DNA from: an uncultured Spirochaetota bacterium
Lineage (GTDB): Bacteria; Spirochaetota; UBA4802; UBA5550
Length of the DNA stretch: 64,000 nt
Assembly: GCA_963827275.1 (NCBI GenBank)
Contig: CAWHAA010000001.1
Span: 32,001-96,000 of the forward strand
Direction: 5' to 3'
The stretch's first letter is position 1; the number at the start of each line of letters is the position of its first letter. Under the pieces are notes generated by a model that saw only the letters and a program-made list of their open reading frames with translations, made no database searches and was not told the DNA's origin. Of this stretch, positions 9,672 to 19,449 are shown one piece after another. The translations under genes and the position numbers were made by a program.

Positions 9672-10883
9672 ATGAAATTTTCAGAGAGGATCCTTCAAGT
9701 CAAGCCGTCGCCCACCCTCGAGGTAACGGCCCTGGCAAACGCACTTAAGGCGAAAGGCATAGACGTGATCGGGTTCGGCACCGGGGAACCGGATTTCGAC
9801 ACCCCGGACCACATCAAGCAGGCCGCCATCCGCGCGATAGAGGCCGGAAAGACAAAATACACCCCTTCGGGCGGCATACCGGAGCTGAAGAAAGCCGTCA
9901 TAGAGAAATTCAAGCGGGACAACAACCTCGATTACAAACCGTCGGAGGTCATAATAAATTCCGGCGGCAAACATTCATTCTACAACCTGATGCAGGTCCT
10001 CCTGAACCGGGGCGACGAGGTGATCATTCCCTCGCCCTACTGGGTATCCTACCCGCCCATGACGCTGCTCGCGGACGGAGTCCCGGTCATCGTGGACACC
10101 ACGGAAGACGCCGGTTTCAAAATGACGCCCGTCCAGCTTGATGGGGCGATCACGGGAAAAACCAGGGCAGTGGTCATAAACTCGCCCTCCAACCCGACGG
10201 GCTCTGCGTATACGAAAAAGGAGATCGGCGCGCTGGCGGAAGTCATCGGCGACCGCGACATCATCCTCATATCCGACGACATGTACGAATCCATACTCTA
10301 CGACGGGTTTGAATTTTTCAATATAGCCCAGGTGTCAGAGAAGATGAAGAAAAAAAGCGTGGTCATGAACGGCGTATCAAAGGCCTATTCCATGACCGGC
10401 TGGCGGATCGGCTATATGGCCGGCGACGCGGAGATCATCGCCCAGGTGGACACGCTGCAGAGCCAGTCAACGTCAAACCCGACATCAATATCCCAGTGGG
10501 CGGCGGTTGAGGCCCTGAACGGCGGCCAGGGCACGGTGAAAGAGATGGTCGGCGCCTTTGACCGTCGGCGCAAAATAATTGTAAAGGGACTGAACGACAT
10601 CCCCGGGTTCACCTGCCTGAGCCCGAACGGCGCGTTCTACGCGTTCCCCGGGGTCGAGGGAGTGTACGCAATGAAGGGGTGGCAGGGCATCGTAGAGAAA
10701 TACAAAAGCGGGAACAACTCGTCCCGTCTGAGCTCCTATCTCCTCGAAGAGGCCCGGGTCGCCGTCGTGCCGGGAATTGCATTCGGATCGGACCGGCATA
10801 TACGCCTCTCCTTCGCGACATCAGACAAAAACATCATAGAGGGAGTGAAACGCATCGACGAGGCGATTCGGAGGCTTGCGTAG
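9672..10883 (+). CDS. aspC: PLP-dependent aspartate aminotransferase (class I/II)
   Basis: GEPDFDTP, NSPSNPTG, SDDMY, SKAYSMTGWRIG. Confidence 0.9.
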   Translation: MKFSERILQVKPSPTLEVTALANALKAKGIDVIGFGTGEPDFDTPDHIKQAAIRAIEAGKTKYTPSGGIPELKKAVIEKFKRDNNLDYKPSEVIINSGGKHSFYNLMQVLLNRGDEVIIPSPYWVSYPPMTLLADGVPVIVDTTEDAGFKMTPVQLDGAITGKTRAVVINSPSNPTGSAYTKKEIGALAEVIGDRDIILISDDMYESILYDGFEFFNIAQVSEKMKKKSVVMNGVSKAYSMTGWRIGYMAGDAEIIAQVDTLQSQSTSNPTSISQWAAVEALNGGQGTVKEMVGAFDRRRKIIVKGLNDIPGFTCLSPNGAFYAFPGVEGVYAMKGWQGIVEKYKSGNNSSRLSSYLLEEARVAVVPGIAFGSDRHIRLSFATSDKNIIEGVKRIDEAIRRLA

Positions 10884-10894
10884 GGGGTGCGGGG

Positions 10895-11314
10895 CTACCC
10901 CACGGTATTGTAAAAAAGACCTTCACCGTTCTGGATATTATTGATCAGGTCATTGAACTCGCGGTGAGTGATGTTATTCTTTTTCACCTCGAGGATGTTC
11001 CCGTTTCCGTCCAGCAGCACCAGGTTGACAAAGATCTCCTCGAACTCACGGTATATGTAAAACCGGTAGGGTGAATTTTTTTTCTCCAGCTCCCTGTTCG
11101 CCAGGTCGGCGGCATTTTTCAGGCTCTCAAAATGCGCGGCTGCCTCATCGTCCCGCTTCCCCTTCTGTTCATGCCCATGCTCATGTTTTTTCACGTCAGG
11201 CTCGATCACGGGGTCACGGGAGCCGATCATGTCCGTACGGTTGATTTTTTCAAGATTGGAGGCCATCGCTTTGTCAACTACTCCAACTTTTTCAAAGTAG
11301 GGGTACAGATCCAT
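10895..11314 (-). CDS. Hypothetical protein, possibly FlaG-like
   Basis: Low-complexity N-terminus, then LANRELEKKNSPYRFYIYRE..EIFVNLVLLDGNGNILE, loosely like FlaG; sigma28-like promoter upstream. Confidence 0.55.
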   Translation of the reverse strand: MDLYPYFEKVGVVDKAMASNLEKINRTDMIGSRDPVIEPDVKKHEHGHEQKGKRDDEAAAHFESLKNAADLANRELEKKNSPYRFYIYREFEEIFVNLVLLDGNGNILEVKKNNITHREFNDLINNIQNGEGLFYNTVG

Positions 11315-11348
11315 CTTGCCACCTGCCGTTGAGTATTTGTCACCTGTA

Positions 11349-11376
11349 GTATCGGCAGATTGAGAGTGTTTTATTA
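11349..11376 (-). promoter_or_regulatory. Possible sigma28 (FliA) promoter
   Basis: Minus strand TAAT-N16-GCCGATAC versus consensus TAAA-N15/16-GCCGATAA. Confidence 0.4.
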
Positions 11377-11446
11377 GGATTAAGTTAGCAGGTTGCGTGG
11401 ATATATATATTATTGTTAAAAGTGTCAGTTTTTATCGATGGAATTG

Positions 11447-11588
11447 TACTCTGACCCCGCATTGCACCGATAGTTATCGGTAGCCCGGTTACTCTGACCC
11501 CGTATTGCACCGATAGTTATCGGTAGCTCGGTTACTCTGACCCCATATTGCACCGATAGTTATCGGTAGCCCGGTTTACTCTGACCCC
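11447..11588 (+). repeat. 43-bp tandem repeat array A (3 units plus a terminal motif), REP-like
   Basis: TACTCTGACCCC starts at 11447, 11490, 11533 and 11577; unit TTACTCTGACCC-CGCATTGCA-CCGATAGTTATCGGTA-GCCCGG with an internal palindrome. Confidence 0.95.
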
Positions 11589-11599
11589 GGGTTGACCTC

Positions 11600-12589
11600 T
11601 TATTTTATATCATTCACCGAAATCGTTCCCGGGTACCGGGCCCCCACCTGGGCCACCACCTTCGAAGAAACATAGCTGCCTATTCTCCCCGCCCGCTCAG
11701 GGCTGAAGCCGTTCGCGATGCCATAGAGTACGCCGGCCGCGTACATGTCGCCCGCCCCGTTGGTATTGACCACATTGGTCCTGAATACCGGGATCTGGTA
11801 CATCAGGCCGCCGCTTTTAATCAGGCTCCCTTCGGCCCCGAGCTTGACGACTGCGATATCGGACATTTCGGATATATGATGAAGGGCATGCTCCTTTTCC
11901 TTGCCGGTGAACGCCCTGGCCTCGTCTTCATTGACGAAAATAATGTTCGCATACTCGCGGACCACCCTCTCGAAGGTGGGATGGATCCTCTGGATCAGGC
12001 CCGGGTCCGACAGGTCCAGCGATATGATGACATGGTGCTTTTTAGCAAGCTCAAGCGCGTGCATGCACGCGTCGAGAAGGCCCGGGGGCTCGAACAGGTA
12101 GCCTTCCAGGTGAATTATTTTAGCGTTCCGGATATGCTCTTCCCGGACATCGTTTCTGTTCAGCATGAGCGCGGCGCCCAGATGGGTCGCAAAGGTCCGC
12201 TCGGAATCGGGAGTGATGAAGGTGATCGCGTGGCCGGTCATGCTGTCATGCCTGCCGATATCCGATGTTACGCCGGACCGCTCTGTTTCCGCAATGTACC
12301 GGTCGCCATGCTGATCTCTCCCCACCTTCCCGAGGAAGATGCCTTTTCCTCCCAGCATGGAGACCCCCGCCAGGGTATTGGCGGAGCTGCCGCCGGGGGT
12401 GATCTCCATCGCCCTGCCGGTCAGGCGCGACAGTATCTCGCGGCTCCGTTCAGCGTCTATGAGCGCCATCCCCCCCTTGCTGAGCCCTAACTCTTTCAGG
12501 TCAGCGTCATCAACCATCACGGTAAAATCCAGCAGGGCCGAACCGATACCCATCACGTCATATTCGGCATTCTTATTCAGTATTTCCAT
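11600..12589 (-). CDS. PfkB-family carbohydrate/adenosine kinase
   Basis: GIGSALLD, PGGSSAN, DSERTFATHLGA, NTNGAGDMYAAG; start placed at ATG 12589 (track gives 12628). Confidence 0.9.
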   Translation of the reverse strand: MEILNKNAEYDVMGIGSALLDFTVMVDDADLKELGLSKGGMALIDAERSREILSRLTGRAMEITPGGSSANTLAGVSMLGGKGIFLGKVGRDQHGDRYIAETERSGVTSDIGRHDSMTGHAITFITPDSERTFATHLGAALMLNRNDVREEHIRNAKIIHLEGYLFEPPGLLDACMHALELAKKHHVIISLDLSDPGLIQRIHPTFERVVREYANIIFVNEDEARAFTGKEKEHALHHISEMSDIAVVKLGAEGSLIKSGGLMYQIPVFRTNVVNTNGAGDMYAAGVLYGIANGFSPERAGRIGSYVSSKVVAQVGARYPGTISVNDIK

Positions 12590-12642
12590 TACTCTCTTCT
12601 CCGGAGATTCCTCACCCGCTTCGGGCAAGGATCATGATCTGG

Positions 12643-13107
12643 TCATCTGGTCTCTGTCGCTGTTCCGGGCACCGCGTCAACCGGTTCGCTCCCGGTCCCG
12701 GCCTCCCGCTCCGGCCGGATCCCTGTATCCGCGTCAGTCTTCGGCCCGGTCCTGACCATTTTTTTCAGGCCCTTCTTCCTGATCATATAATGCAGGACAG
12801 CGTGATCGGCCGCATACTCAATCTTTTCTGTTTTCCCGTCCCTGTCCGGGGCCACCGACTCGTTAAACACCTGCCCGATAAAATAATACGCGCTGAGCAG
12901 GGCGGCGCGCTTCGAAGACTCGGCCCGCTGCAATCCCTCAAGGCCCTCGAGCGGGAATCCGCGGCATATGATCCTGTAGGAGTTGTCGTCCACGAAGCCC
13001 TGGCTGACAAGGACTTCCTTCGAGCCGGGGCCCTTGACCGATTGCTCATCACAGCCGTTCAGCACGATCAACAGAAATAACATGGCTATACGGGCGTTGT
13101 TTTTCAT
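12643..13107 (-). CDS. Putative lipoprotein
   Basis: Signal peptide with LNGC lipobox; AGGAG RBS. Confidence 0.7.
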   Translation of the reverse strand: MKNNARIAMLFLLIVLNGCDEQSVKGPGSKEVLVSQGFVDDNSYRIICRGFPLEGLEGLQRAESSKRAALLSAYYFIGQVFNESVAPDRDGKTEKIEYAADHAVLHYMIRKKGLKKMVRTGPKTDADTGIRPEREAGTGSEPVDAVPGTATETR

Positions 13108-13315
13108 GATACGGCTCCTGTTGTTATATCAGGGGACAATCATATCCAGATTGCATCGTAACGGGGACAGCGACAGTGACCGGTAATCATGCTATAAAAT
13201 ACGCGGTCTCCAGTCAAGTACTTGGGAAAAAATGGATTGATAATTTTCCCGGTTTTTTCAGGATACCCCTTGAAGCCGGTGCGGAACGCCGCGCCCGGCA
13301 AAAGGAGGCCAGACC

Positions 13316-13999
13316 ATAAAAGCCGTATTGTTCGATATCGACGGCACCCTGCTGAAGTGCTTCGGCGCAGGCAAGAAGGCCCTCATCCAGGCCTGCCAGG
13401 AGGTCTTCGGCACCGTCGGAAAAATGCACTACGTTGACTTCCAGGGGAAGACCGACCCCCTTATCCTGAGGGAATCACTGGGCATCATGGGGTTCGGCGA
13501 CGAGGAGATCGAGCGCAACACCGGGGCGCTCAAAGCGCGCTACTTCCACTACCTCGCGCTCCACATGGGCGACAGCTCTTCCATGCTCATGCCGGGGGTC
13601 TTCGAGCTGTTGGAGGCACTCTCGCGCGCCGAGTCGGTGCTGCTCGGCCTCCTCACCGGCAACTTCAGGGAGAGCGCGCGGATCAAGCTCGGCCATTTCG
13701 GCCTGAACCGGTTCTTTCCCTTCGGAGTGTTCGGCGATGACGCGGCATTCCGCAATGACATGCCCGCGATCGCGAAAAAAATCATCATGGACGACTTCGG
13801 GGTGGATATGCCGTTCAGCGACATCGTCATCATCGGGGACACGGTGTACGATATCGAGTGCGCGAAAAAATCAGGCGCGGTCTCGGTCGCCGTCGGCACG
13901 GGCTGGGCCGAGAAGGAGAACCTGCTTGCCCGCGGCCCTGACTATTTCTTCGATGACCTGGGCAATCCGGGCCCGGTCATGGACGCGATCCTCGGCTGA
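13316..13999 (+). CDS. HAD-family hydrolase (phosphoglycolate phosphatase-like)
   Basis: KAVLFDIDGTL, LTGN, IGDTVYDIECA; probable ATA start at 13316 (track starts at TTG 13328). Confidence 0.9.
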   Translation: MKAVLFDIDGTLLKCFGAGKKALIQACQEVFGTVGKMHYVDFQGKTDPLILRESLGIMGFGDEEIERNTGALKARYFHYLALHMGDSSSMLMPGVFELLEALSRAESVLLGLLTGNFRESARIKLGHFGLNRFFPFGVFGDDAAFRNDMPAIAKKIIMDDFGVDMPFSDIVIIGDTVYDIECAKKSGAVSVAVGTGWAEKENLLARGPDYFFDDLGNPGPVMDAILG

Positions 14000-15548
14000 A
14001 CCGCCTCAACGCAGCGAATTTTTCAAATATATACGCCGTCTCCGGCGACTTCATCGCGCGGCACGCGGCAACATACGCCGCCGCGCCGGAAAAAACAATC
14101 AGCAGGAGATACGCGAGCCGCCATGCGAGGGGACCGCTGTTCCAGTCGGTCACGCCAGCCATGAGCCACACCACCACTCCCATGATGCCCGCTGCCGCTG
14201 ACTGCCTTACGGCTGACAGCGCGATCGCTTTCATGCCGATGGCGTCGATTGTCCTTCCGAGCAGGACCAGCAGTATCACCGCCTGCACTGCAGATGCGAC
14301 TGTCACCGCAAGGGTGAGCCCGGCGTGCCGTAGCGGGGTCTGCATCAGCGCCAGACCGCAGGCGACGGTGACGGCGAACGAGGCCAGGGCTGCGTAGAAC
14401 GGGGCCCGGGGCATGCCCAGGGCGAAAAAGACCGGAACGGTGCTCCTGGTAACGGCGATAGCGGCAATCCCCGGGGCGGCCCAGAAAAGCGCGCGGTATG
14501 TCATCAGGGCCTCGTGCGAGGTAAACCTGTTGTGCATGAACAGCACTGAAACGACGGGATAGCCGACAACCATCAGGCCGACGGTCGCGGGGATCGCCAT
14601 GAACAGGGCCATCCGCACCGACCGGGAGTAGAGCTCCACGAGCCGCGCGTGGTCCTTCCGCGCCGCCGCTTTCGACATTTCGGGATAGACCACGCTGCCG
14701 ATCGCCATCACGGTGACACCGAGCACCAGCTCGTGGAGGCGGTCTGAAAAATATATGTAGGAAACGCTCCCGGGCGCAAGGAACGAACCAAGCAGCGCCG
14801 CGACGAGAATATTTATCTGCTGCCCCCCCATGGCCGGTATGCCGAGGAGGCCGATTCGCACGATTTTTCTGAGCCCGGGATGGTCCATGTTGAGTGTAAG
14901 CCTGAACCTGAACCCGGTGCGCGCCATGTAGGGGATTTGAAGAAGCACCTGGAGGAGTCCGCCCAGCACCACGCCGGCTGAAACGCCGTAGAGCGGCTCG
15001 TCGCACAGCCGGCCCAGGAAAAGGATGCCGGTGATGATCCCCGCATTCAGCAGCACCGGCGCGAATGCGGGTGCAAAAAACCGCTTGTGCGAATTGAGAA
15101 CGCCCGAGCAGAAGGCCAGGATCCCGGATGTCACCAGGAATGGCATCATGATCCTGAACATCACGGTGGTGTCCCGGATACGGGCGGGATCATCGAACCC
15201 CATCGCGATGACATGTACGATACCGGGCGCGAAGAGCGTCCCGAGGACGAACAGCCCAGCGAGGAGCGCCAGCAGCAGGCTGAGGGTCTTCCGGGCGATG
15301 TCGAGGGCGTCGCGGGGGTCCCCGCCGACGAGGTATTCGGTGTATACCGGGATGAATGATATCGTGAAAACGCCCTCGCCCACCAGCCGGCGCACCAGGT
15401 TCGGGATTCTGAACGCGATATAGAAGGCATCGGTCGCGCCCGTCGCGCTGAAAAACGCGGCCATGAGCACGTCACGAACAAGCCCGAGGAGCCTGCTCAG
15501 GAGGGTCGAGGCGGCAACAATTCCGGTGGATCGAAAAATTCCGCTCAT
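13977..15548 (-). CDS. murJ: Lipid II flippase MurJ (MviN)
   Basis: SRLLGLVRD, DAFYIAFRIPNLVRRLVGEG, many TM helices; start placed at ATG 15548. Confidence 0.93.
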   Translation of the reverse strand: MSGIFRSTGIVAASTLLSRLLGLVRDVLMAAFFSATGATDAFYIAFRIPNLVRRLVGEGVFTISFIPVYTEYLVGGDPRDALDIARKTLSLLLALLAGLFVLGTLFAPGIVHVIAMGFDDPARIRDTTVMFRIMMPFLVTSGILAFCSGVLNSHKRFFAPAFAPVLLNAGIITGILFLGRLCDEPLYGVSAGVVLGGLLQVLLQIPYMARTGFRFRLTLNMDHPGLRKIVRIGLLGIPAMGGQQINILVAALLGSFLAPGSVSYIYFSDRLHELVLGVTVMAIGSVVYPEMSKAAARKDHARLVELYSRSVRMALFMAIPATVGLMVVGYPVVSVLFMHNRFTSHEALMTYRALFWAAPGIAAIAVTRSTVPVFFALGMPRAPFYAALASFAVTVACGLALMQTPLRHAGLTLAVTVASAVQAVILLVLLGRTIDAIGMKAIALSAVRQSAAAGIMGVVVWLMAGVTDWNSGPLAWRLAYLLLIVFSGAAAYVAACRAMKSPETAYIFEKFAALRRFSRGSRP

Positions 15549-15771
15549 GGGACAACCATAGCCCGCGGCGCCGGGTTTATTCAAGCACATAATCAGCCAT
15601 GCCCTTAAATCTTCCCGCGCCCGCGCCCGGAACAAATATCTTGACATTTCTCTTACAATTTAAATGATATTCATAAACTATCGTGATATATTCCTGTCTA
15701 ATAAACGGCGGCACCGGCACAATTGGACCCCCCGGCACCGCCGGAAACAACAACATGTATGGTCGTATAAA

Positions 15772-17394
15772 ATGACAAATAAAACAATTTCCGCACTCTC
15801 GCTTATGATCGTGCTCATCTCTGCAGGCATGCTCCATGCCGGGAGCTATGAGGAGGGACGCCGGCACTACATCCGTAAAAATTACGTGAAGGCGAAGGAA
15901 TACTTCCTGAAGGCGGCTGATCCGGGAGGCAGCGGCGACGCGTATTACTTCCTGGGGGAGATCGAAAAGCAGAACAAAAACTACCGGGAAGCGGAGGAGT
16001 ACTATAAAACGGCGATCACCAAGAAAAACATCTCCCGTCAGTACCTGATCAATTCATACTGGAACGCCCTCCTCATGGCCGAGCAGAGGAACGATTACGA
16101 AAGCGCGGTTTCGATATGCCGCTCGATGTGGCTCAGGACCCGCGACGCCGCCGCCCGCCAGAAGATCGAGTCGCTCATCAACAAGTTCCTCTGGACCGAC
16201 AATAACGACGCCATTGAAAAATACAACGAGGGCATCGAGCTGAAAAAGAGCGGCAAGGGTGCGGAGGCCATGGACCGGTTCCGGAGCGCCGTGAGCATCG
16301 ACGGCTCCTTCCTGGCGCCCAAGTTCGAGCTCGGCATGAACGCCTACAACACCGGCGACCTGGACCGCGCGACCGGCTACCTCGGCGATATCGCCTCCCG
16401 GATACCCTTCTACGCCGAGGTGCAGATGGTCCTTGCCGACATACAGTTCGAGCGGCACAACTACCGGGAAGCCCTCGCACACTATGACAAGGTGATTGAA
16501 TTCGGATTCAACGAGAGCGCGGCCGAATACCGGATACGGATCAGGCGCGGGACCTGCTATTACAACATGGACGATTACGCGGGCGCGGAGCAGGAGATCG
16601 ACAAGGCCCTCAGGTACAGCCCGAAATCCGTCGAGGCCGCCCTCCTCATGTCGGCGATCAAGATCAAGCTTGAAAAGTACGATGACGCGCTCAAGACCCT
16701 CCAGCGTGCAGGCGCGTCCAACCCCGACAATCCGGAGATCCAGTACCAGATGGGCAGCGTGTATTACAGGCAAAACGACCCGCGGTACGTCGGCTGTTTT
16801 GAAAAGCTCTTCTCTCTCGCCGGGGGCAAGAAGGAATATCCCGCGAAATACCGTAAGGTCTTCACTATACTGGCCGCGCATGACTTCGACAGCGGGAATT
16901 ACCGCCGCTGCGTAACGATACTGAACACGTTCGATGAAAAATCGCAGACCTTCGACACCAGGCTCATGACCGCCCGGTCGTATTTTCATCTGAAAGAATA
17001 CGATGCGGCCATCGACCACTTTGAAAGGCTTTCGCTCGCGAATGACGACCGCTTCATGCTCTGCAAGGCCTATGCCCTGAGCGGCAGGAGGGAAAAGGCC
17101 AGGACCATCCTCTCGGAGCTCTCCGCGTCGGGCGACTACCTGTCGCGGGCGAAGAAGGACCCCGCTCTCTCCGGAATCGCGAAGGAACTGTATTCACCGG
17201 CGGCGCCGGAAACAATCGATCCGGAAAAGAAGGATCCCGCCGTTGACGCACCGGCGAAAAAAGAGACCGGCGAGAAAAAGCCCGACGAGCAGGTCGTAAA
17301 GAAAAAACCGCCGGTCAGGGACGCTGACGAGGATGATGAGGATGACGACGATGGGTCCGATGAGAGCGGCGACGACGACAGCGATGACGAATGA
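15772..17394 (+). CDS. Secreted tetratricopeptide-repeat protein with acidic tail
   Basis: Signal peptide MTNKTISALSLMIVLISAGMLHA, TPR patterns, poly-Asp/Glu C-terminus. Confidence 0.85.
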   Translation: MTNKTISALSLMIVLISAGMLHAGSYEEGRRHYIRKNYVKAKEYFLKAADPGGSGDAYYFLGEIEKQNKNYREAEEYYKTAITKKNISRQYLINSYWNALLMAEQRNDYESAVSICRSMWLRTRDAAARQKIESLINKFLWTDNNDAIEKYNEGIELKKSGKGAEAMDRFRSAVSIDGSFLAPKFELGMNAYNTGDLDRATGYLGDIASRIPFYAEVQMVLADIQFERHNYREALAHYDKVIEFGFNESAAEYRIRIRRGTCYYNMDDYAGAEQEIDKALRYSPKSVEAALLMSAIKIKLEKYDDALKTLQRAGASNPDNPEIQYQMGSVYYRQNDPRYVGCFEKLFSLAGGKKEYPAKYRKVFTILAAHDFDSGNYRRCVTILNTFDEKSQTFDTRLMTARSYFHLKEYDAAIDHFERLSLANDDRFMLCKAYALSGRREKARTILSELSASGDYLSRAKKDPALSGIAKELYSPAAPETIDPEKKDPAVDAPAKKETGEKKPDEQVVKKKPPVRDADEDDEDDDDGSDESGDDDSDDE

Positions 17395-18277
17395 TGCGCG
17401 CGGCCTGGTCCTGACCGTACTTATCTTCACGGTCGGTCTCTCGGCCCTGCTGTTCAATCTGCTGTCGGGCGTCCCCCTGCCTCTTCTCGTGCTTGCCCCG
17501 GCGGGCGCGGCGGCATATGCTGCGCTGGTGCGCCTCGGCGAGTACGACCCGCGCATCGCCTGCGACCACGTCCAGTCCGGCGAGGCCGGGATCGGCTCTT
17601 TTGCCCTGTTTGTCGCCTCGGCATTCCTTGCCTGGGGCCCCGCCCTTGCCGCCGCCACGTTCGCCGCACTTCTCGCCTACGTGTTGTTCATAAGCACCGT
17701 GATATCGCCGGACAGCAGGGAGATCGCCATCAACGGCGCCCTCACACAGGCGGTCCTCGCCGCGGCGGTCATCCTCATGCTCTCGGGAAGCGGCATCGCG
17801 GGCACGGCGGGACCGGACGCGATGCTTCTCGGCTATTTCGCCGTCAATCCGCCCCCCTGGGCCCTTGTCCCCGCCGCACTGGCGCCCGCGGCACTCACCC
17901 TGGTGCTGGCCTGGGCCCTGCGCCCGGAGCTCGGTTCCTGGTCACAGGGACCGTCCTTCTACAGCGGGTCGGACCTGTCGCGCAGGCTGATCGCTGCCGG
18001 CATGATGGTAACGCGAGCCCTCCTGACGACCACCGCCGTGCTCTTTGCCGGGTGGACCTGCGGGATCGGCATCAGCGTGCACCGTCTCGCGCGCGGCGCC
18101 TTCAGCAAGGCTATCACGATCGCGTCACTGCTGGCCTTCCAGCAGGCCGTCATCGCTATCGCCCGGCTGGCCGGCCCATGGTACGCGTGGGGATGCGCGC
18201 TCGCGGTATCGTACGCGCTGTACCTGTTCTACATCACCAAAAGGAACCACCTGTATGATAGACATCAAAAACCTTGA
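17384..18277 (+). CDS. Integral membrane protein, probable divergent ABC permease (FecCD/BtuC-like)
   Basis: Very hydrophobic; overlaps the upstream TPR gene and the downstream ABC ATPase gene. Confidence 0.6.
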   Translation: MTNDARGLVLTVLIFTVGLSALLFNLLSGVPLPLLVLAPAGAAAYAALVRLGEYDPRIACDHVQSGEAGIGSFALFVASAFLAWGPALAAATFAALLAYVLFISTVISPDSREIAINGALTQAVLAAAVILMLSGSGIAGTAGPDAMLLGYFAVNPPPWALVPAALAPAALTLVLAWALRPELGSWSQGPSFYSGSDLSRRLIAAGMMVTRALLTTTAVLFAGWTCGIGISVHRLARGAFSKAITIASLLAFQQAVIAIARLAGPWYAWGCALAVSYALYLFYITKRNHLYDRHQKP

Positions 18278-19028
18278 TTGTTCGATGAACGGCAGGATGA
18301 TACTCAAGGGGATCGGCGTATCATTCAATGACGGTGAGACGATCGGCATTATCGGCAAGTCCGGCTCCGGCAAGACGCTCTTACTCAAGACCATCGCGGG
18401 ATTGACCGGGCGTTTCCCCGGCGCGGTCTCGGTCAACGGCTCCCCGCTGCCGCGGCGCAGGTCCGAAGCGCAGAAAATGGTCTCGTTTCACGGCGCCGGC
18501 CTCCACCCGCTCAATCCTTCCGAGGTCCTGCTTGATTTTCTCCTCCACGCGAGGGTCCCGTTCAAGCGGCCGTTCAGCGCCTTTTCGGATTATGACCGCC
18601 AGATCACCGAGGAATACATCGGCCTGCTCGGCCTCGGCCCGTTCAGGGACGAGCCGCTGGGCATCGTCCCCGACGGCATCTTCGCGCTGGCCATGCTGGC
18701 CCGCACCTTCATCGGCGAGTCCTATGCCGTTGCGCTCGACAACCCGACGAATGACCTGGATATCGCTTCCGTGCGGTTGCTGGAAAAAACAGTGGGAAGG
18801 TACGTGATAAACGGCGACCACGTCGCCGTCCTCTGCTCCAACGACCTCAATTTTATCGCGCAGACGGCCGACCGGGTGCTCGTAATGGACGGCGGCCGGA
18901 TCGCTGAAACGGGCGGCGTGGCAATGCTGGACCGGGACCTGATACAGCGGTATTTCGGCATCGAGGTGATGGTATCAAAGAATGTCTATAACGGCAGGCC
19001 GGAATTCCACATCTTTCCGGATGCGTGA
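18255..19028 (+). CDS. ABC transporter ATP-binding protein (FepC/BtuD-like, degenerate motifs)
   Basis: Walker A GKSGSGKT; LDNPTNDLD in place of LDEPT; ADRVLVMDGGRI; start ATG 18255. Confidence 0.82.
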   Translation: MIDIKNLDCSMNGRMILKGIGVSFNDGETIGIIGKSGSGKTLLLKTIAGLTGRFPGAVSVNGSPLPRRRSEAQKMVSFHGAGLHPLNPSEVLLDFLLHARVPFKRPFSAFSDYDRQITEEYIGLLGLGPFRDEPLGIVPDGIFALAMLARTFIGESYAVALDNPTNDLDIASVRLLEKTVGRYVINGDHVAVLCSNDLNFIAQTADRVLVMDGGRIAETGGVAMLDRDLIQRYFGIEVMVSKNVYNGRPEFHIFPDA

Positions 19029-19083
19029 GTTCTACTATCCGGCACGTTGCGCCCTGCCAGAGGGGAATCACAAGCAAGACCCG

Positions 19084-19425
19084 TCAGATGAAAAACTTGA
19101 TCTTCATCTTGGCCTCGTCCACGCTCTGGGCGAAGATGAGGTAGTTGTACACGCCGAGCGTCTCCGCCATCTTGAGGAGCTCTTTTTCCGGCCAGAGGAT
19201 GATGACGCGCCGGTCATGATCCTTGGCGAAGAAGGAGACGTCCACCAGCGCGTTCATACCGGCGGAGGTCACCAGGGTGACGTTTTCAAAATTTATTATC
19301 AGGCTTTCGCGCTCGGTCACCTGCCGGACAAGGGAGATGAAGTTCTCCACCGTGTCCGCGGTGAGGCTCCCGCTCATGACGAGCACCTTGACGCCTTCAA
19401 TTTCGTTTATCGAATAGTTCAGCAT
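19084..19425 (-). CDS. STAS-domain anti-sigma-factor antagonist
   Basis: SGSLTAD, INFENVTLVTSAGMNAL; 113 aa. Confidence 0.85.
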   Translation of the reverse strand: MLNYSINEIEGVKVLVMSGSLTADTVENFISLVRQVTERESLIINFENVTLVTSAGMNALVDVSFFAKDHDRRVIILWPEKELLKMAETLGVYNYLIFAQSVDEAKMKIKFFI

Positions 19426-19449
19426 GTGGTCTCTCTCGCCGCGCCGGCG

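Noticed and set aside
11447..11588. CRISPR array
   Set aside because: No unique spacers: whole 43-bp units are near-identical, and there are no cas genes in the window.
13170..13180. GCGACAGTGAC shared with about 8335 and, with one mismatch, about 6976
   Set aside because: Short, low-complexity match with no consistent position relative to genes.
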